From the NCBI RefSeq assembly GCF_011386835.1, contig NC_088797.1:40486001-40550000 (forward strand): a stretch of DNA of 64,000 nucleotides, read 5' to 3'. Positions 10,148 through 23,250 of the stretch are shown piece after piece. This DNA is from Chrysemys picta bellii (Eukaryota). A program made the translations under genes and the position numbers. The number at the start of each line of letters is the position of its first letter. Positions within the stretch are counted from its first letter, which is position 1. The notes below the pieces were generated by a model. It was given only the letters and a program-made list of their open reading frames with translations, ran no database searches and was not told the origin of the DNA.

Positions 10148-13100
10148 TGTTGTTTTATATTCAAGTAATCCACTAGTCTTAATATTAATTCATGGCTAGT
10201 AACTTAACAACAGTCTTTATTAGATATGTAGTGATAACCATCTTAACTCAATCAGTCTAACCTAAAACCAACTTCCTGGAGATCCCATTCATTCTCTTAA
10301 AGCCACAATAACACCACCTCTTCTTTCAATTTTTTAGCACAAATTTATTCTTATATATATATATATATATCAGAATTATCTTAACTTTCTATAAGTCTTT
10401 TAACAGGTCTCCTCTGAGGCAATGGCTGTCTAATTTCTATATTTGTGTATTATTTGTGGAAAAAGAAAATAAGAGAAAAAGGAGGATCTAGGGGTAAATG
10501 TCTTTAGGCCATTTTAAAGTTTTGAGCAAAAGGTAACTTTGATCCTAACAATGCGAGAGTTGTAAGTGATTCAGTTTTCGCCTTGCTTTAGTTAATAAAA
10601 ATGGAATGCTGACTTAAGCAAAAACCTTGAAATAAGGTAGTGTCTGGAAACAGTTTGTATAATCGAAGAATAACCGTTAGCTGTTGATGTATGTAATGGG
10701 AACCTATAAATACTTGTCTTATGCTGCTTGTAGGGGGAAGATCTGCCTAAGGTCAGGGGGACCCCCTGTCCGACTGCAGTCTTCCCTTGCAATCGTTCGT
10801 AATAAACTGTCTCTGACTTCTTGCTAGCAAACACAGAGTGAGGACTTGTTTTCTTCTACATATTGAATTTGTTCTTATTGCTTAGTGGAATTATGTCATT
10901 TTCATTTTCTTGGTGCTCTTGTTGCTGTACTGTATCATTTCTTCTTTCAGCTGAGTCTGGTCTTCCAGGTAACCATTGCAAATGTCTCCACTTTCATCTA
11001 TACATTTGACCATTATTAGTCATGACATCATAAGATTGAGATGCTACCTCTTTTGTTACAGTAGCTTTCTGAGCCCAATTTCTACCATTATAGCTTCATA
11101 TTCTATCATTCAGTTTCAAATAAGGTAGTTTGTGCAATCCTCTATCATGGCTCCGGATGTCACGTTCCTTTTTGAAATATTAACTAATGATTTATGCTCT
11201 GTTTCTGCCAGTACAGTTCTACTAAATATAAATGTGATTTTTTTTTTTTGCCTGCAAAAGCTAATGCCAAAGCATCTTTTTCTGTCTGCGCGCGCAGATA
11301 TTCTGTTTTTGCCATATCTCTAGATTCATAAGCAACTGGTTTCAATGGATGACCATACTGTTGTAGTGGAACTGCTCCTAGGCCTTGTTTGGAAGACAAT
11401 TTGAACATCTCTTACTATCAAATAGTTTTATACTGCTGCTATTTTTATTAGTTACTTAAGCTGCTTAAATTCTTGTTGATGTTGACAGTCCCAGATCAAT
11501 TGATTATTTTTACAAAGTAAAGCCATTAAATCTGTTGTTTTTCTGATAGGATAGGTATGTATTTTTCTATTAAATTAACTATACCCAAAATGTTCTGTAA
11601 AGTTTCCTTTTCTTTTGGGTAAACAATATTATCAATGGCTTGTATTCATTGTGGAGCAATCTGTAATCCTTGACTGGTCAGTATTTCTCCTAGAAACTTT
11701 AATTCCTGCTCTCTAATAACATTTATTTCAAATTCTGCTGCTTTTGCTCTAGATAATGCTTTAGTTAGTTAATCTTATAGCATGCTCTTCTAGAGTTCTT
11801 CCTCATTATTATATCATCTATGTACACTTGTGTGACATCTATATTTTCAAAAATCTTTTGTATTTCTCTATGAAATACCTCTGGAGCGGAACATAATCCA
11901 AAGGGAATCTTTTTTAAAAGAGTAGCATTCAAAAGATGTGCTAAACATACATAGCAAGTGACTTTCTTGTGCCAATGGTATTTTCCAAAACCTATTAAAA
12001 GCATCTAAAGAAGAAAAGTATTTTCCTCCTATTTGTCCAAATATTTTTTCCTATGAAATATTTTAAAATGTTCCTTTTTAACATACTACCTTAAGTATTT
12101 TGGATCTAAACATAACCATAAGGATCTATCTTTCTTGTTACTATTATTAATGAATTTACCAACTCACTCAGCTCTTCCACTCTTTTAGTGATATCTAAAT
12201 TAACTAACCTTTCCAATTCCTTTTGTAGCCTATTTCTTAAAAGCTAAGGGTATTTTTCTAGTTGCATGGATAACTGGTTTCTTTGCTTCATTTAACTGTA
12301 TTTTATAGATTGCATCCAATTTACCAATGCCAGGGCATAACTGTAAATTAACATTCTGTTTCCAGTATTTCAGAATCCTGAATAATCTGAAATCTGCCAA
12401 TTAGATTTAGTGATGAATCTAAAATAGAAATTCCTTGTCCCTTAACTACTACAAATTTTATGTTTTCTAAATTATCTTTAGGTTACACCTGTAATTCATA
12501 AATTACCTATAACAGGATTTTTTTCACCACTATACAATTGTAAATTAATATGTATTTGTTCCCTTACTACAGGTTTTACTTTTAGGCATTTTATAATTTC
12601 TTCTCAAATTACATTAGTTTGTGCACCTATACCTATTACATATTAAATAAATGTTCTATTAGTAGACAGTGAAACTGTTCAATCCTCCTTGTAGTTCACA
12701 GAGTATTTCAAAATACCCAGAAATAAATTTTCTTAATCTATAATGACAGCTCTGTTTTTCTTACTCAATATCTTCTCTGAAACTTTTGAATTTTGAACTA
12801 AAGGAATATTTCTAATTTTTTTCAGACATCTCAGTTTACAAAGTTTTGCAAAATGACTGATTTGAACATATGTTGAATATTATCTAGGTTGATGCCTCCT
12901 TCCACATCTAGAACATTCTTTCATATGCTCACATATTTTAACTTTCATTGGTTTCCTCTATAGATTTTTTTTACTTTTTCTTATTAAGTTCATATTCACA
13001 TCAATTTGTTTTCTTTCTAAAATGTGCAATTGTTGCTGATTAAGTTAATCAGATTGGCAAATTCTTACTGCTTTTTTCCAGTTTTCCATCTAGCTCTTCT

Positions 13101-13804
13101 AACAAAGTCTTTTTCTTACTCTGATATCTTTTTATACCCATCACAATTTGATCTCTTATCATTGACTCAGACAGATTTTGGAAATTACATGTCTGACTTC
13201 TTATTCATCCATTTGATTTCTGGAGTGAAACTGAAATATTTCCAATGTTTCATTCCTTTTTGGTAAACAATATTCCTCAAAAATTTTTAAGACAAACTCA
13301 TTTTCAGCTTGTTCTCTAACATTTGAGCTCAAATGACCTATATAATGAAATTCCTTCAGTACTTGCAATATTCAAAAAAATGGCAATCTTTTGTTCAGCT
13401 TCCTCCTGAGTAAATCCTGATGCCCTCAAAATAAATCAAATTCTTCTTTAAAACTTTCCCAATTTTCTGCAGCATTTCTTGGCATTTTTAGAAGTGCAGG
13501 AAATCTTAATTGATCCATCTTATTCCATTCAAACTTGTTTTTCACTTCTGAGTAACTTTCACCTCAGGGTTTTTTGTTTTTAATTTCTTCTGGTTCTTTT
13601 TATCACTTACCCTACTTCTGGATCCATTTGTTGTTTTAATATTCAAGTAATTCATTGCTAGTAACTTAAGAGTCTTTATTAACACATATACAGAGCATCT
13701 TAACTCAATCAGTTCAACCTAAAACCAACTGCCTTCTCCCACTGTCAGCTCCCACACTCTGGAGATTCTATTCATTCTCTTTAGAGCCACAGTTGCACCA
13801 TACA
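10148..13804 (-). mobile_element. Internally deleted Ty3/Gypsy LTR retrotransposon
   Basis: Direct repeats at about 10148-10320 and 13629-13804; TG...CA ends flanked by AAAGTA on both sides. RT PFGLCSAPEVF...VYIDDII, RNase H GLGAV..Q...PVAYESR, and a Zn-knuckle-like gag near 12900. No intact integrase is recognisable. Confidence 0.88.
10455..10860 (+). mobile_element. Solo LTR (4-bp TSD, ERV1-like) nested in the Gypsy element
   Basis: TGTGGAAAAAG...TTCTTCTACA ends, TATT TSD on both sides, TATA-like CTATAAATA, and AATAAA at 10801. Confidence 0.85.
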
Positions 13805-14136
13805 AAAGTACTACACTTGGGAAGGAAAAATCAAATGCACAAGTACAAAATGGGGAATAACTGGGTTGGTGGTAATACTGCTCCAAAGGATTGTGGGGTT
13901 ATAGTGGATCAAAAATTGAATATTAGTCAACAATGTGATGCAGTTGCTAAAAAGCCTAATACTATTCTGGGCTGTATTAACAAGCCTGTTGTATGTTACC
14001 TCCACTGTATAATTGTCCCCCTGCTCACGACTTGTGAGGCCTCAGCTGTGTTCAATTCTGAGCACCACACTTCAGGAAAAATGTGAACAACGTGGTGAGA
14101 GTCCAAGGGAGAACAACAAAAATAATAGGTTTAGAA

Positions 14137-14525
14137 CAGTGGTTCTCAGCCAAGGGTACACGTACCATGGGGGTACGCAGAGGTCTTCCAGGGGTACCTC
14201 AACTCATGTAGATATTTGTCTAGTTTTACAACAGGCTACATAAAAAGCACTAGCAAAGCCAGTACAAACTAACATTTCATACAGACAATGACTTGCTTAT
14301 ACTGCTCTATGCACTATACACTGAAATGTAAGTACAATATTTATATGCCAGTTGATTTATTTTATAATTACATGGTAAAAATGAAAAAGTATACAATTTT
14401 TCAGTGCTAGTGCTTTTTATGTATCCTGTTGTAAAATTATGGAAATATCTAGATCAGTTGATGTAGCCCTTGGAAGAATTCTTAGTACCTCCAAGGGTAC
14501 ACATACCCCCGGTTGAGAACAACTG
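14137..14525. mobile_element. hAT-type non-autonomous DNA transposon
   Basis: TIRs CAGTGGTTCTCAGCC / GGTTGAGAACAACTG; TSD not recognisable. Confidence 0.7.
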
Positions 14526-17500
14526 ACCTACAGGCTTACTCAAAAGGTATTGTCTTCTGTCTGTTTTATGCTTTCTTCAGATTAGTTATAGGGAAACAAA
14601 GAATCATAGTTTCAAAAATAGCCTCTAAATTTTCACACTTTATCACTGACGTGCACATACATGCACATCAGAATTCTATTATTTGAGCATAGAAAACTAC
14701 CAGAAAAAATCTAGTTGGGGCTTTTTGTGTTAACAGGCCAACAGTGAGGGATACTACTTAAAATATTGGACTAGCATTTGCATTTCATTGAGGAAAATTC
14801 GGTCATGGAATTTTTCTCTCTGGCCTGCCACAAGCATTCATGTTCATGCTGATCTTAGTTGTGTCAAGAGCTGGTGCAGCTGAGCATTGTGGGAAGGAGA
14901 TTGTTGGCATGCCTAAAGGCTGAAAAATGGAAAAGGATCAAGGACAATTCTTGGTAATTGGCTCCCCAGGTGAACTGTTTTTTCCTAAGGTGATATGCAA
15001 GCTTCTTTCTGGTAAATTTTGGCAGGGAAGAGAGCTGGCCTACTTGTTATCTTTAGTACTGGTTGAAAAACTGGGGAACCTTATTTAGCAATCTGAAGAT
15101 ATGTTATTTATAGCGGTTTGGAAGATAAATGATTTTTTTGTACACTTGTAATTTTTCATGATCATTACAAAGTTTTTCTTTGCACTGTTGCTATTTCTCC
15201 ATTTCCCCCGTTTGGCCTCCATTTTTCCTTTTTATTTTGCCACAGAAAAGTGTGTGTGTTGGGGGTGGGGGGAGATAAGGGGGAAAACAATGAAAAATGG
15301 GAAATTCCGAAGAAACTTTGAGTAGATCTAGTTGTTTTCCGTTTTATCCTCAATCTTGGTGAGGATTTTGTTCCCTTGGTGCCACCCAGGCACCACCAGT
15401 GTTTCAGAGACTTATTCTGGCTTGGTGAATTTTACCTTCTGCACCACTGTGCACACAGGGGGAAGCGCAAGAAGAGTTTTAAATATTTACTCACTGAACT
15501 ACCCCCCCCCCCCCACTAATGATTAAATGTCTGTAAAAATTAACCACTTAACTAATAGCTTACAGCTGAAAGGGTTCTCAGCCGCTTGTTAAAGAAACGG
15601 GGTGGGGGGCGGCTAGATTCTCCTTTTCACTTTGGGAAGCAAAGCAGAACTGAACCAAATAGAATGTGATTGGCATGAGGTAGGTTAAAGATCAGCTGGC
15701 TCTGATGCATGCTCCCATGCACTTTGGGATGCTGTTGAAGCCCCTATGCCAGGGCTCCATAGGAGCCAGCCACCTAGCCAAGGATGCCCATTCAGGGGCC
15801 TGCAGGCCCATGACAGAACCATAATCAAAAAGCTTTGCAACATGCAATAGTGTCAAATCCCAGCTGCATCCAACATTGTGTCATGGCACAAAAGGGCAGG
15901 AGTGAACAGTACAAACAAGTACATAGCGCACAGCAGCAGCCTCCAGCATCTGACAACCCTTTGGTGCCTCTGAAAATTGAATATAGCAGAACAAGCTTTT
16001 CTTTTGCATGCTGAATTAGTTATAGCAATGTAACTGAAAGTGCAGCCACATCGGACTTGATCTTGATAATGCTAAACTGTCTTCTCTCGGTGTTTAGCCC
16101 AACTAAATAATTGTAGTAGTTGTACTAAATTTAAGGCATTGCATAGAGGGGTCTTGTGTTCCCAACACAGCTTTGGTTTTTTGGGGTGTGAACACTAAAA
16201 CACCAGCATTATTTTAGAGTTAAAACACAAGCAGTTCAAACGAATACTCCTGATAACCAAATATAAGAAGTTCATAGGGGGGCGTGCTGGGGGGAAGAAG
16301 TGACCTTATTGGCATTTTCTCATCCAATTGCTGTCCAGGATTCCTTCAGGAGAGGGAGAGAAAGTTCCTCGGGGAGAACATGGAAATATCACTGTGTTAA
16401 TTAGCTATCCTTAAACTAGAACTGCTTTCTTTGCTCATGCCTAGCTCAGGGCCAATGCTACTACCTGCCCGAAATGTGGTGTTTGTCATGTGATGTTTAA
16501 TTTAAAGACACTAGCCCACAAAATACCATGAATGAGATTTAGACTTGGTCAAAAATTTTCGAAAGAAACATGTGTTTGGAAGTTGCCTCCACCCTCTCAA
16601 ATAAGTTCCATGTTCTGATAAAATTGTAAAATAAAGTCATTTTCCTCCCTGTGGTTTTTTTAAAAAAAGGTGAGGGGAAGACCACCAATGGGGGAACAAA
16701 TTAATTAAAAAACAAACAAACTAGGAGCACATTAAGACTCCAAAGCAGGGTTATGGTACACTCATCATGAAGCCAGCAGCAGCCTCGCTGTTGAGTGTAG
16801 GCGTTGCTGGACTAGGACTAATTGGGGAAGTGCACCTTTGTCAGGTAAGGGAGTATATGCACCAGCTTTGAAGTAACTGTTTTTCAGAGACCCAGGCAAT
16901 GGAGAAAAGCCAGGCCGGGGGTTAATGTTCTCCTGCTTCCAGTTTGGGGAGAGAGGTAGCTGCCATGCCTCTGTGTATCCCAGGCAGCATTTTAACATAA
17001 AGCTCATGTTAGAATGCTTCATTCCATTACAAATGGCATTCCCTTTGAAAATACACACAACGAGGATTGCCTAGTAATTACAAGGGTTTAGCTTTTCAAA
17101 GCTACCTAATTTTAATGGAACTTGCTTGGCTAAAGCAGCTTTGAAAATTTCAGCCAATAAGTAGATATTTTAGGCTTTTCCACAGTTTTTACTTCTGTGG
17201 CTTTTTTTAAACGCCTAAACAACACTGATGCGCTCAAACTGTTTTTTTCACTGCCAATTTTTTCATTTTGATTTTTTTTTCTCTCCTGTGTTTCAACTTC
17301 CTAATGGATCAGCACCCACCATGAGTACTTTGTTGTTGGTTCATTGTCATCTCTGATATGGTAAACTCCTGAAATGTTGTTGAAATTCACTGCTGCATCA
17401 CAGCTGGGAGCAATACATTGCTTTCTGTCAGCACCATAAACCATGTTGTTTTTTTTATTGCTTGGCAATGGAATAGTGTTTTATTTACAAAGCAGTATCA

Positions 17501-17751
17501 GGCTTGCATTACCCGATCCTACTTTGGTGAATAACTCTTAGACAGGTATATACCTTGGGCCAGATTCTCCATTGCCTTATATTTTCTGTAGTTGTTTAGG
17601 CCTTAATACAGCTAAGCAGGTGCTAAAGTCCCTCCCTATTCAGCAAAGCACTTCAGCAGGGGCTAAATCCCATTGCCTTCAGGGCTTTGCTGAATCAATG
17701 TCTTATGCCTGTCCAATGTGGATACAAATTGCTTCCTATACAACTTGCAAG

Positions 17752-17875
17752 TAGGGTGACCAGACAGCAAGTGTGAAAAATCAGGACAGGGGGTGGGGGG
17801 TAATAGGAGCCTATATAAGAAAAAGACCCAAAAATCGGGACTGTTCCTATAAAATCAGGACATCTGGTCACCCTA
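17752..17875. mobile_element. hAT (Tip100-like) MITE, 124 bp
   Basis: TIR TAGGGTGACCAGA / TCTGGTCACCCTA; perfect 8-bp TSD CTTGCAAG. Confidence 0.92.
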
Positions 17876-18389
17876 CTTGCAAGGCAGTGGGGATCAGGCC
17901 AACTACATTCCCTGAGAACATTTGGGGAAGGGTTATTTACCGTAGTGAGGATTCCACAATTGGACCCTTTATTCTCTGGTTTTTACATAACTACCAGAAA
18001 GGCTGGTTCTGATGATATACTTGAATGTCAATTTGTCAATTGTATTGTGTGGTTAGCTGTTGAGTATTAATTTAAACTATTTATTCCAAATGAAAACCAA
18101 TAATGGTGACAGTTGTGTGCCACTGCTGCTGCAAGAGACCTGAAATAAAGAAACTATTGGTTTGGGAGGGGTTATACAACACCTTTCCTGCGATCCTTGG
18201 TTATTGTGTAATTACAGGCAAATTATTGACTAATTTATAATTGCACCATACTGATGGATAAATACACATATACAGAGTGTGATAACACTAATTTCTTAAA
18301 AGTTTAGAATTTGCTTCATGGGATAGGAAAATAAAGCTATCTGAACAAACCTTGTTTTCATCTAGTGCAGGATATAAAAACATCACATC

Positions 18390-20756
18390 ATTTAATGTAT
18401 AATATAACCTTTATTTTTTTTCTAAACTCTTGGAAAGTTACATAACAACCGTGCTTTAATTATGACACCATGTATAGACATTTAAAATGCATCTTAATTT
18501 ATAAATATTTTACATTTGGTCCATAGAACAGGTTGCAATTTACTAAATAATACTGTACTCTTTTAAACAGGCTCTGTATATATTTTAGAATATGCATATA
18601 TTACATATATATTTTTATATAGAGATAGATTTGCTTGGTGTTCAGAGAATAATTCCTTATTGCAAAAAACATATATGATCATACAATAATTTTTCTTCTT
18701 TAGGGCAAATACTACAAAAAGATACAGCTATTCACAGTTTACACACAGTAGTTCTACAACACTATTTTTTGTGCTATATATGATAATAGTTTGTACAGAA
18801 CTCTGCTAAAGAGCAGGTCTGCCAAACATCTGTCATAATTGTTTACAATCAAACATTAAATACTGCATTTTTCTTAGAACAACATGGGACTTGATTACAT
18901 TAAACAATAAAGCAAAAGTTGGAATTTTTCTTCTTAGTCTAATGAGAATCACAATTATCATGTGTATGTATGATTTTTTTTTCTAAACCCTGAAAACTTA
19001 CAAGACTTTTGCATTTAGGTATGAATTCAGCTATAGACATTTAGAATGTATCTTAGATTTCAGAATATTTTTACAGTTGACCTACTGTATGAAACAGTTT
19101 AGAAGCTACTAAACAATACTTTGTGATTTTATGACATAGGTTGAAATATATGTATATATATATTTTCTACAATAATGTGCTTGACATTCTGAGAATAATA
19201 CGTTATTGCAGGAACATATGTTTGTCACCTTCAGACAAAAACAACAAAAAACCCGACGTTCACAGTTAGTTAATATGTTTTTCACATAGTAGTTCTACAT
19301 AAAATGTGTGCTATCTAACATCGTACGTTGCACAAAAGTTTGCTGAAAAAGCATGTTTCATTGCACAGTTCTGTCACAGTCATTTACAATCAAACATCAA
19401 ATACTGCATTTCCCATAACTCTTGCCATCCTACTTATAGCTGCCAAATAAGAAACGCTGAATAGGGCCTGATCTTGCATTCTCTACACAGGAAGAACTTT
19501 CATTAGCTTCAGTGGGAGTTTTAGCTGTGTGGGAAATTCAGAGTAGAACCCATAATGGAGCTTTTGTATTATAGCAATAACCTTGTGCCTTCATCATCAC
19601 CACGAACAATATGTACATCAATGAAAAAAATCAAAAGAATAAAAAATTTGTCTTCAAAGTGCTAGAGTGGTCCACAATTTATCATTTACTTGTTAGTTAC
19701 AAACTGTGTTGAAAGACCTTTAAACAGACTGAATACCACAGTCCATGATCTAAAGCTCTAAATTAGAATTATAGGGAGATGGTTCAATATTTAAACTATT
19801 GTTTTGGTTTCTATTTTGATGGCAATACAATATTCTTGTTAATGGTGTAATATAAACAGAAACACTACCTGGCTTCAACTACAAATAGTTTTGTACTGCT
19901 TTAACCTGGGAAGAGCTCATAATAGTTTCATATTATTATGCATTTTGCTAAAACATTAGAATGAAACATTTTGCTTCTACAATGTGTATCTGAAATTTAT
20001 AAATATAAAAATAGAAATAAAATGTTTTTAAAAGATACAGTATATTTCACTATAAGACTATATTATGAGTTTGTGGAAGTAAATGCAGAAAGCCTAAGCG
20101 TAGATAATGTATTTAGCTAGTATGTAAGAAATTGTTTATACTGTATTTATATAAATATCAATCAAATTGAACATGTATCGGAATGGTTTATAACATAGCT
20201 AAACTTAAGTTGCCTGAAAAATAATTAAAGAGAACCAAAAAAAGAATAGTGTTTGTTAATACGAATTTCAAGAGCGAAATTTTCATTGGAAATCATCTGT
20301 GTACAAAATTCTTGGTCTGTAAAAAACAGCTTTCAAATTTAATTGTACTTCCTGCAAAGTCAGAAATAACAGTCTTGGGATTCTGCTGTAAGAAATATTA
20401 TCATTAAACTACTAAAAATCATCAGCACAAAACATCAAATTGTTATGCTAAAAGATAGATTAAAAATGTCCTGCACCTTGGTTTACAAATTCCAAGATAG
20501 TTAACTCTTATTGTGAAAGGATAAAAACATTAACAGTCTGTGGATTGCCAGAAAACATAACACTTCCAACATTTGGGCCCCCAAATGGTTTGATTGTACC
20601 CCCATCAATTCCCTTATAGTGGTGATGGTCTTTTTTTTTCTTTTTTTCTTTTTGCCACTAGAGGTAGGTAATTATATTCTCAGACATAAATTTGTGGCCA
20701 TATTCAACCATATTTTTTTTTCCAGAGTAGCATTTGTACCTCTCCAACACAGAAAT
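18390..20756 (-). other. SLC6A1: Putative SLC6A1 3'UTR (about 2.4 kb)
   Basis: AT-rich and nearly TE-free sequence after the stop codon, ending near a candidate AATAAA. The 3' end is inferred. Confidence 0.6.
18410..18415 (-). terminator. Candidate polyadenylation signal AATAAA
   Basis: Plus-strand TTTATT, followed on the mRNA strand by a U/GU-rich tract (tgatgtgatgtttttat). Confidence 0.55.
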
Positions 20757-20861
20757 TTAGATATATGCCTCTTTGTTTGCAGAGTTGCTCTGCTGGGCCT
20801 GGTCCGGACCATTTTCAGGATGAGTAATGTCTTCACTTGGCTGAATCATTATTTGGATGCG
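20757..20861 (-). CDS. SLC6A1: GAT-1 last coding exon (105 nt including stop)
   Basis: [34 protein letters not shown], ending in the GAT-1 C-terminal AYI; TAA at 20757-20759. Confidence 0.96.
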   Translation of the reverse strand, partial: RIQIMIQPSEDITHPENGPDQAQQSNSANKEAYI

Positions 20862-22979
20862 CTATTTAAAAAAAAAAAAGAGTGAGAAGAAGTCACTGAA
20901 TATTTCTAAACTTCACATCCAATCTAAACATCTTTCTCTGGCCATTGCTGTTGAGAGAGACAATCCTGTCCAGTCCACCTGCTGATGCAAAGGTTTAAAT
21001 ATCTATGCAGTCACATTTGCTAAACATCTTAGTAACGAACACCATTAAAAGTGAGTATTTGGTCTTCTTAATCAGGACAGGAATGGGAATTATTTGTAAA
21101 TGGAATTTGGCTTAATCAAGACAAAGGGGTTTCTGCTAGGCAAATCATACTTTTTTGGCAACAAATCTTGTTCCAATTATTGCATAAGATGCACCCAGAC
21201 ATCAACGTACTTTGATGGTTTTGGTTAGCTTTTGACATTGTGTTAAAGAAAACAATGTTTAATGTAGGTACATGACAATGAAGAGCTTATTCCCCCTGTC
21301 ACAATGCATGGCTTTAGACCTAACAGTGCTGCTAACTGTCTAACTTTAAACAGTTTGGCTTACATTGTACGATTGCTATACTTTTTTCCTCTCTTGATGT
21401 TTTTATTACTCAGGACATATTAAAAAAATAACGTGTCTGATCCTCAGTCACTTTCTGTAGCTCACTTGAAATCATAATCCTGCATTGGTAATGTCAAAGG
21501 TCCTGAGTGAGAGTTCTTTAGCAAAAGACTTGCAGGATTGAATCTGTGATCAGCAAGTAAGTTTTAGAGCTGGTCAGAAAATGGAATTTCCATTCTGTGG
21601 GAAATTCCAACATTTAGACATTTGTTTTCATTCTGCAAAAAAGTGAAAAATAATCTTAACTAGAAAATTTCGACCCTCTACAGAAGATCACTTTGAATTT
21701 CGGATAAAGGTTAACATTGTTATAACTTTATCTGCATGGTTTGCCTATCTATAGTTAGCAGTCAAACTCTATATTCAGTTACTACTTATAGTTTATAAAG
21801 GGTTGATAAATGATGTTTTAAAAATAGCTAATCAAATGTTATTGTTTGAGTCCAATTTATAACTACACACCGTCTACTGCTATTCTTTTAAACGTCTATA
21901 ATGTTATTCATGTCTGTAATCATTTATCAATCCTTTCTAAATAGAATCTTAAGATAAAGGATAACCAAGTTGGTGAACTTCTGTCATGGTATCATATAGC
22001 ACCTCCGAAAAGCAGATCTGCTCCTAAGGTTCTATTTCCATATACATATCCCAGTACTAATAATAATTAGGGAAAAGAGATTCCAAAAATATGACACCCA
22101 CCATCAGTGTCCCAAAAAATAGAAAGTTTTTCATAGTCTTCCATGAAACATCAGTGAGGCTTTAAGGCTGAGTAAAGACAAGTGTTTGGGCAGCAGATCT
22201 GAGCAATTCATGAGACATCACTAGTCAGCTGTGCTTAGGGTCATCTGTCTTCTTGCAAGGATTGCTGTTTATAAACTGACATAAGGAATATTCTAGAAAA
22301 TCTGACATGAATCTGACAAGCTTTGGCTCCTACAGTCATGAAGGGAGGAAATATATATTCCTGCAATTTTGCTGAAGAAATCTTTCTCTAAAACAAAAAT
22401 CACAATGTGTAAAGTATAGTATATGCTCAGATAAAATCTATTTGGTGATGATGTTAGATAGTTAGGTAATGAAATATGTAACATTTTGCTGTTCTATAGG
22501 CATCTACCTGATGGTCTCAAACAGCGTTAGAAATATTAATGGTATAAGCCTCTAAACATCCCTGTTAAATTGGAAGTGCTGATATCCCCATTTTATAGAT
22601 GGGAAAATGGGGCAGAGAGAGATTAAGAATACACTTGCAGAATAAAAAAAAAGGCCTTTATTCAAGTTGTTTAATTGAAAGATTAAACAATGGTAAAGCA
22701 TAATTGTATTCAATGGACTTGATTTGGGGGGCAATTTCCCTGCCAGAATAGCACTTTGGGGCACTGGGCAGACAGACATAAATTAAAGCAGCCTCCAGGC
22801 TGCTCAACTATGTCAGGGGCCAGAACAGATTGGGAGAACACAAAAGTGAGCTAAGGCTTCCTTTGCTGCCACCCTTTCCCCGTCAACCCCTTTCTACACC
22901 ACAGCTTAACCACACCACTGGATCTAGGACAATATGTATGGGGATACTTTTGGGTGGTCTCAAGACAGATTTCTCTCTC

Positions 22980-23250
22980 TCAGGTTCAGAGATTCAGGCC
23001 AAAAGGGACCATTATGATCACCTAGTCTGATTTCCTTCATGGCATAAACGATGAAACCTAACCCAGTGATTTTTGCATAAAGCCCATAACTTTGGATTGA
23101 GCTATAGCATATAATTTGGAAAGGTCTCCTCTCAAGTTACAAATCTTCAAGTGACAGAATCCACCACATCCCTAGGTCTTCACTTCCCTCATTTCTGGAG
23201 GACTTTGGCAAAATCTTTTAGAGTACAAATAATGATATTGCACAAAGCTT
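22980..23250 (-). mobile_element. CR1 3'-end fragment
   Basis: aggccaaaagggaccattatgatcacctagtctga resembles the reverse complement of the CR1 tail seen at about 51730-51790. Confidence 0.7.

Larger units (their letters stand above)
8700..14120 (+). mobile_element. Decayed CR1 LINE ORF2 fragment, split by a Gypsy insertion (10148-13804)
   Basis: RT motifs such as GFVKNRSCQTNL and DFSKAF at about 9650-9780. The CR1 phrase aagtgcaaagta|ctacacttgg resumes at 13805. Confidence 0.9.

Noticed and set aside
18080-18085. Alternative distal AATAAA for SLC6A1
   Set aside because: Possible, but the hexamer is common in this AT-rich DNA, and the 18410 site has a clearer GU/U-rich downstream element.
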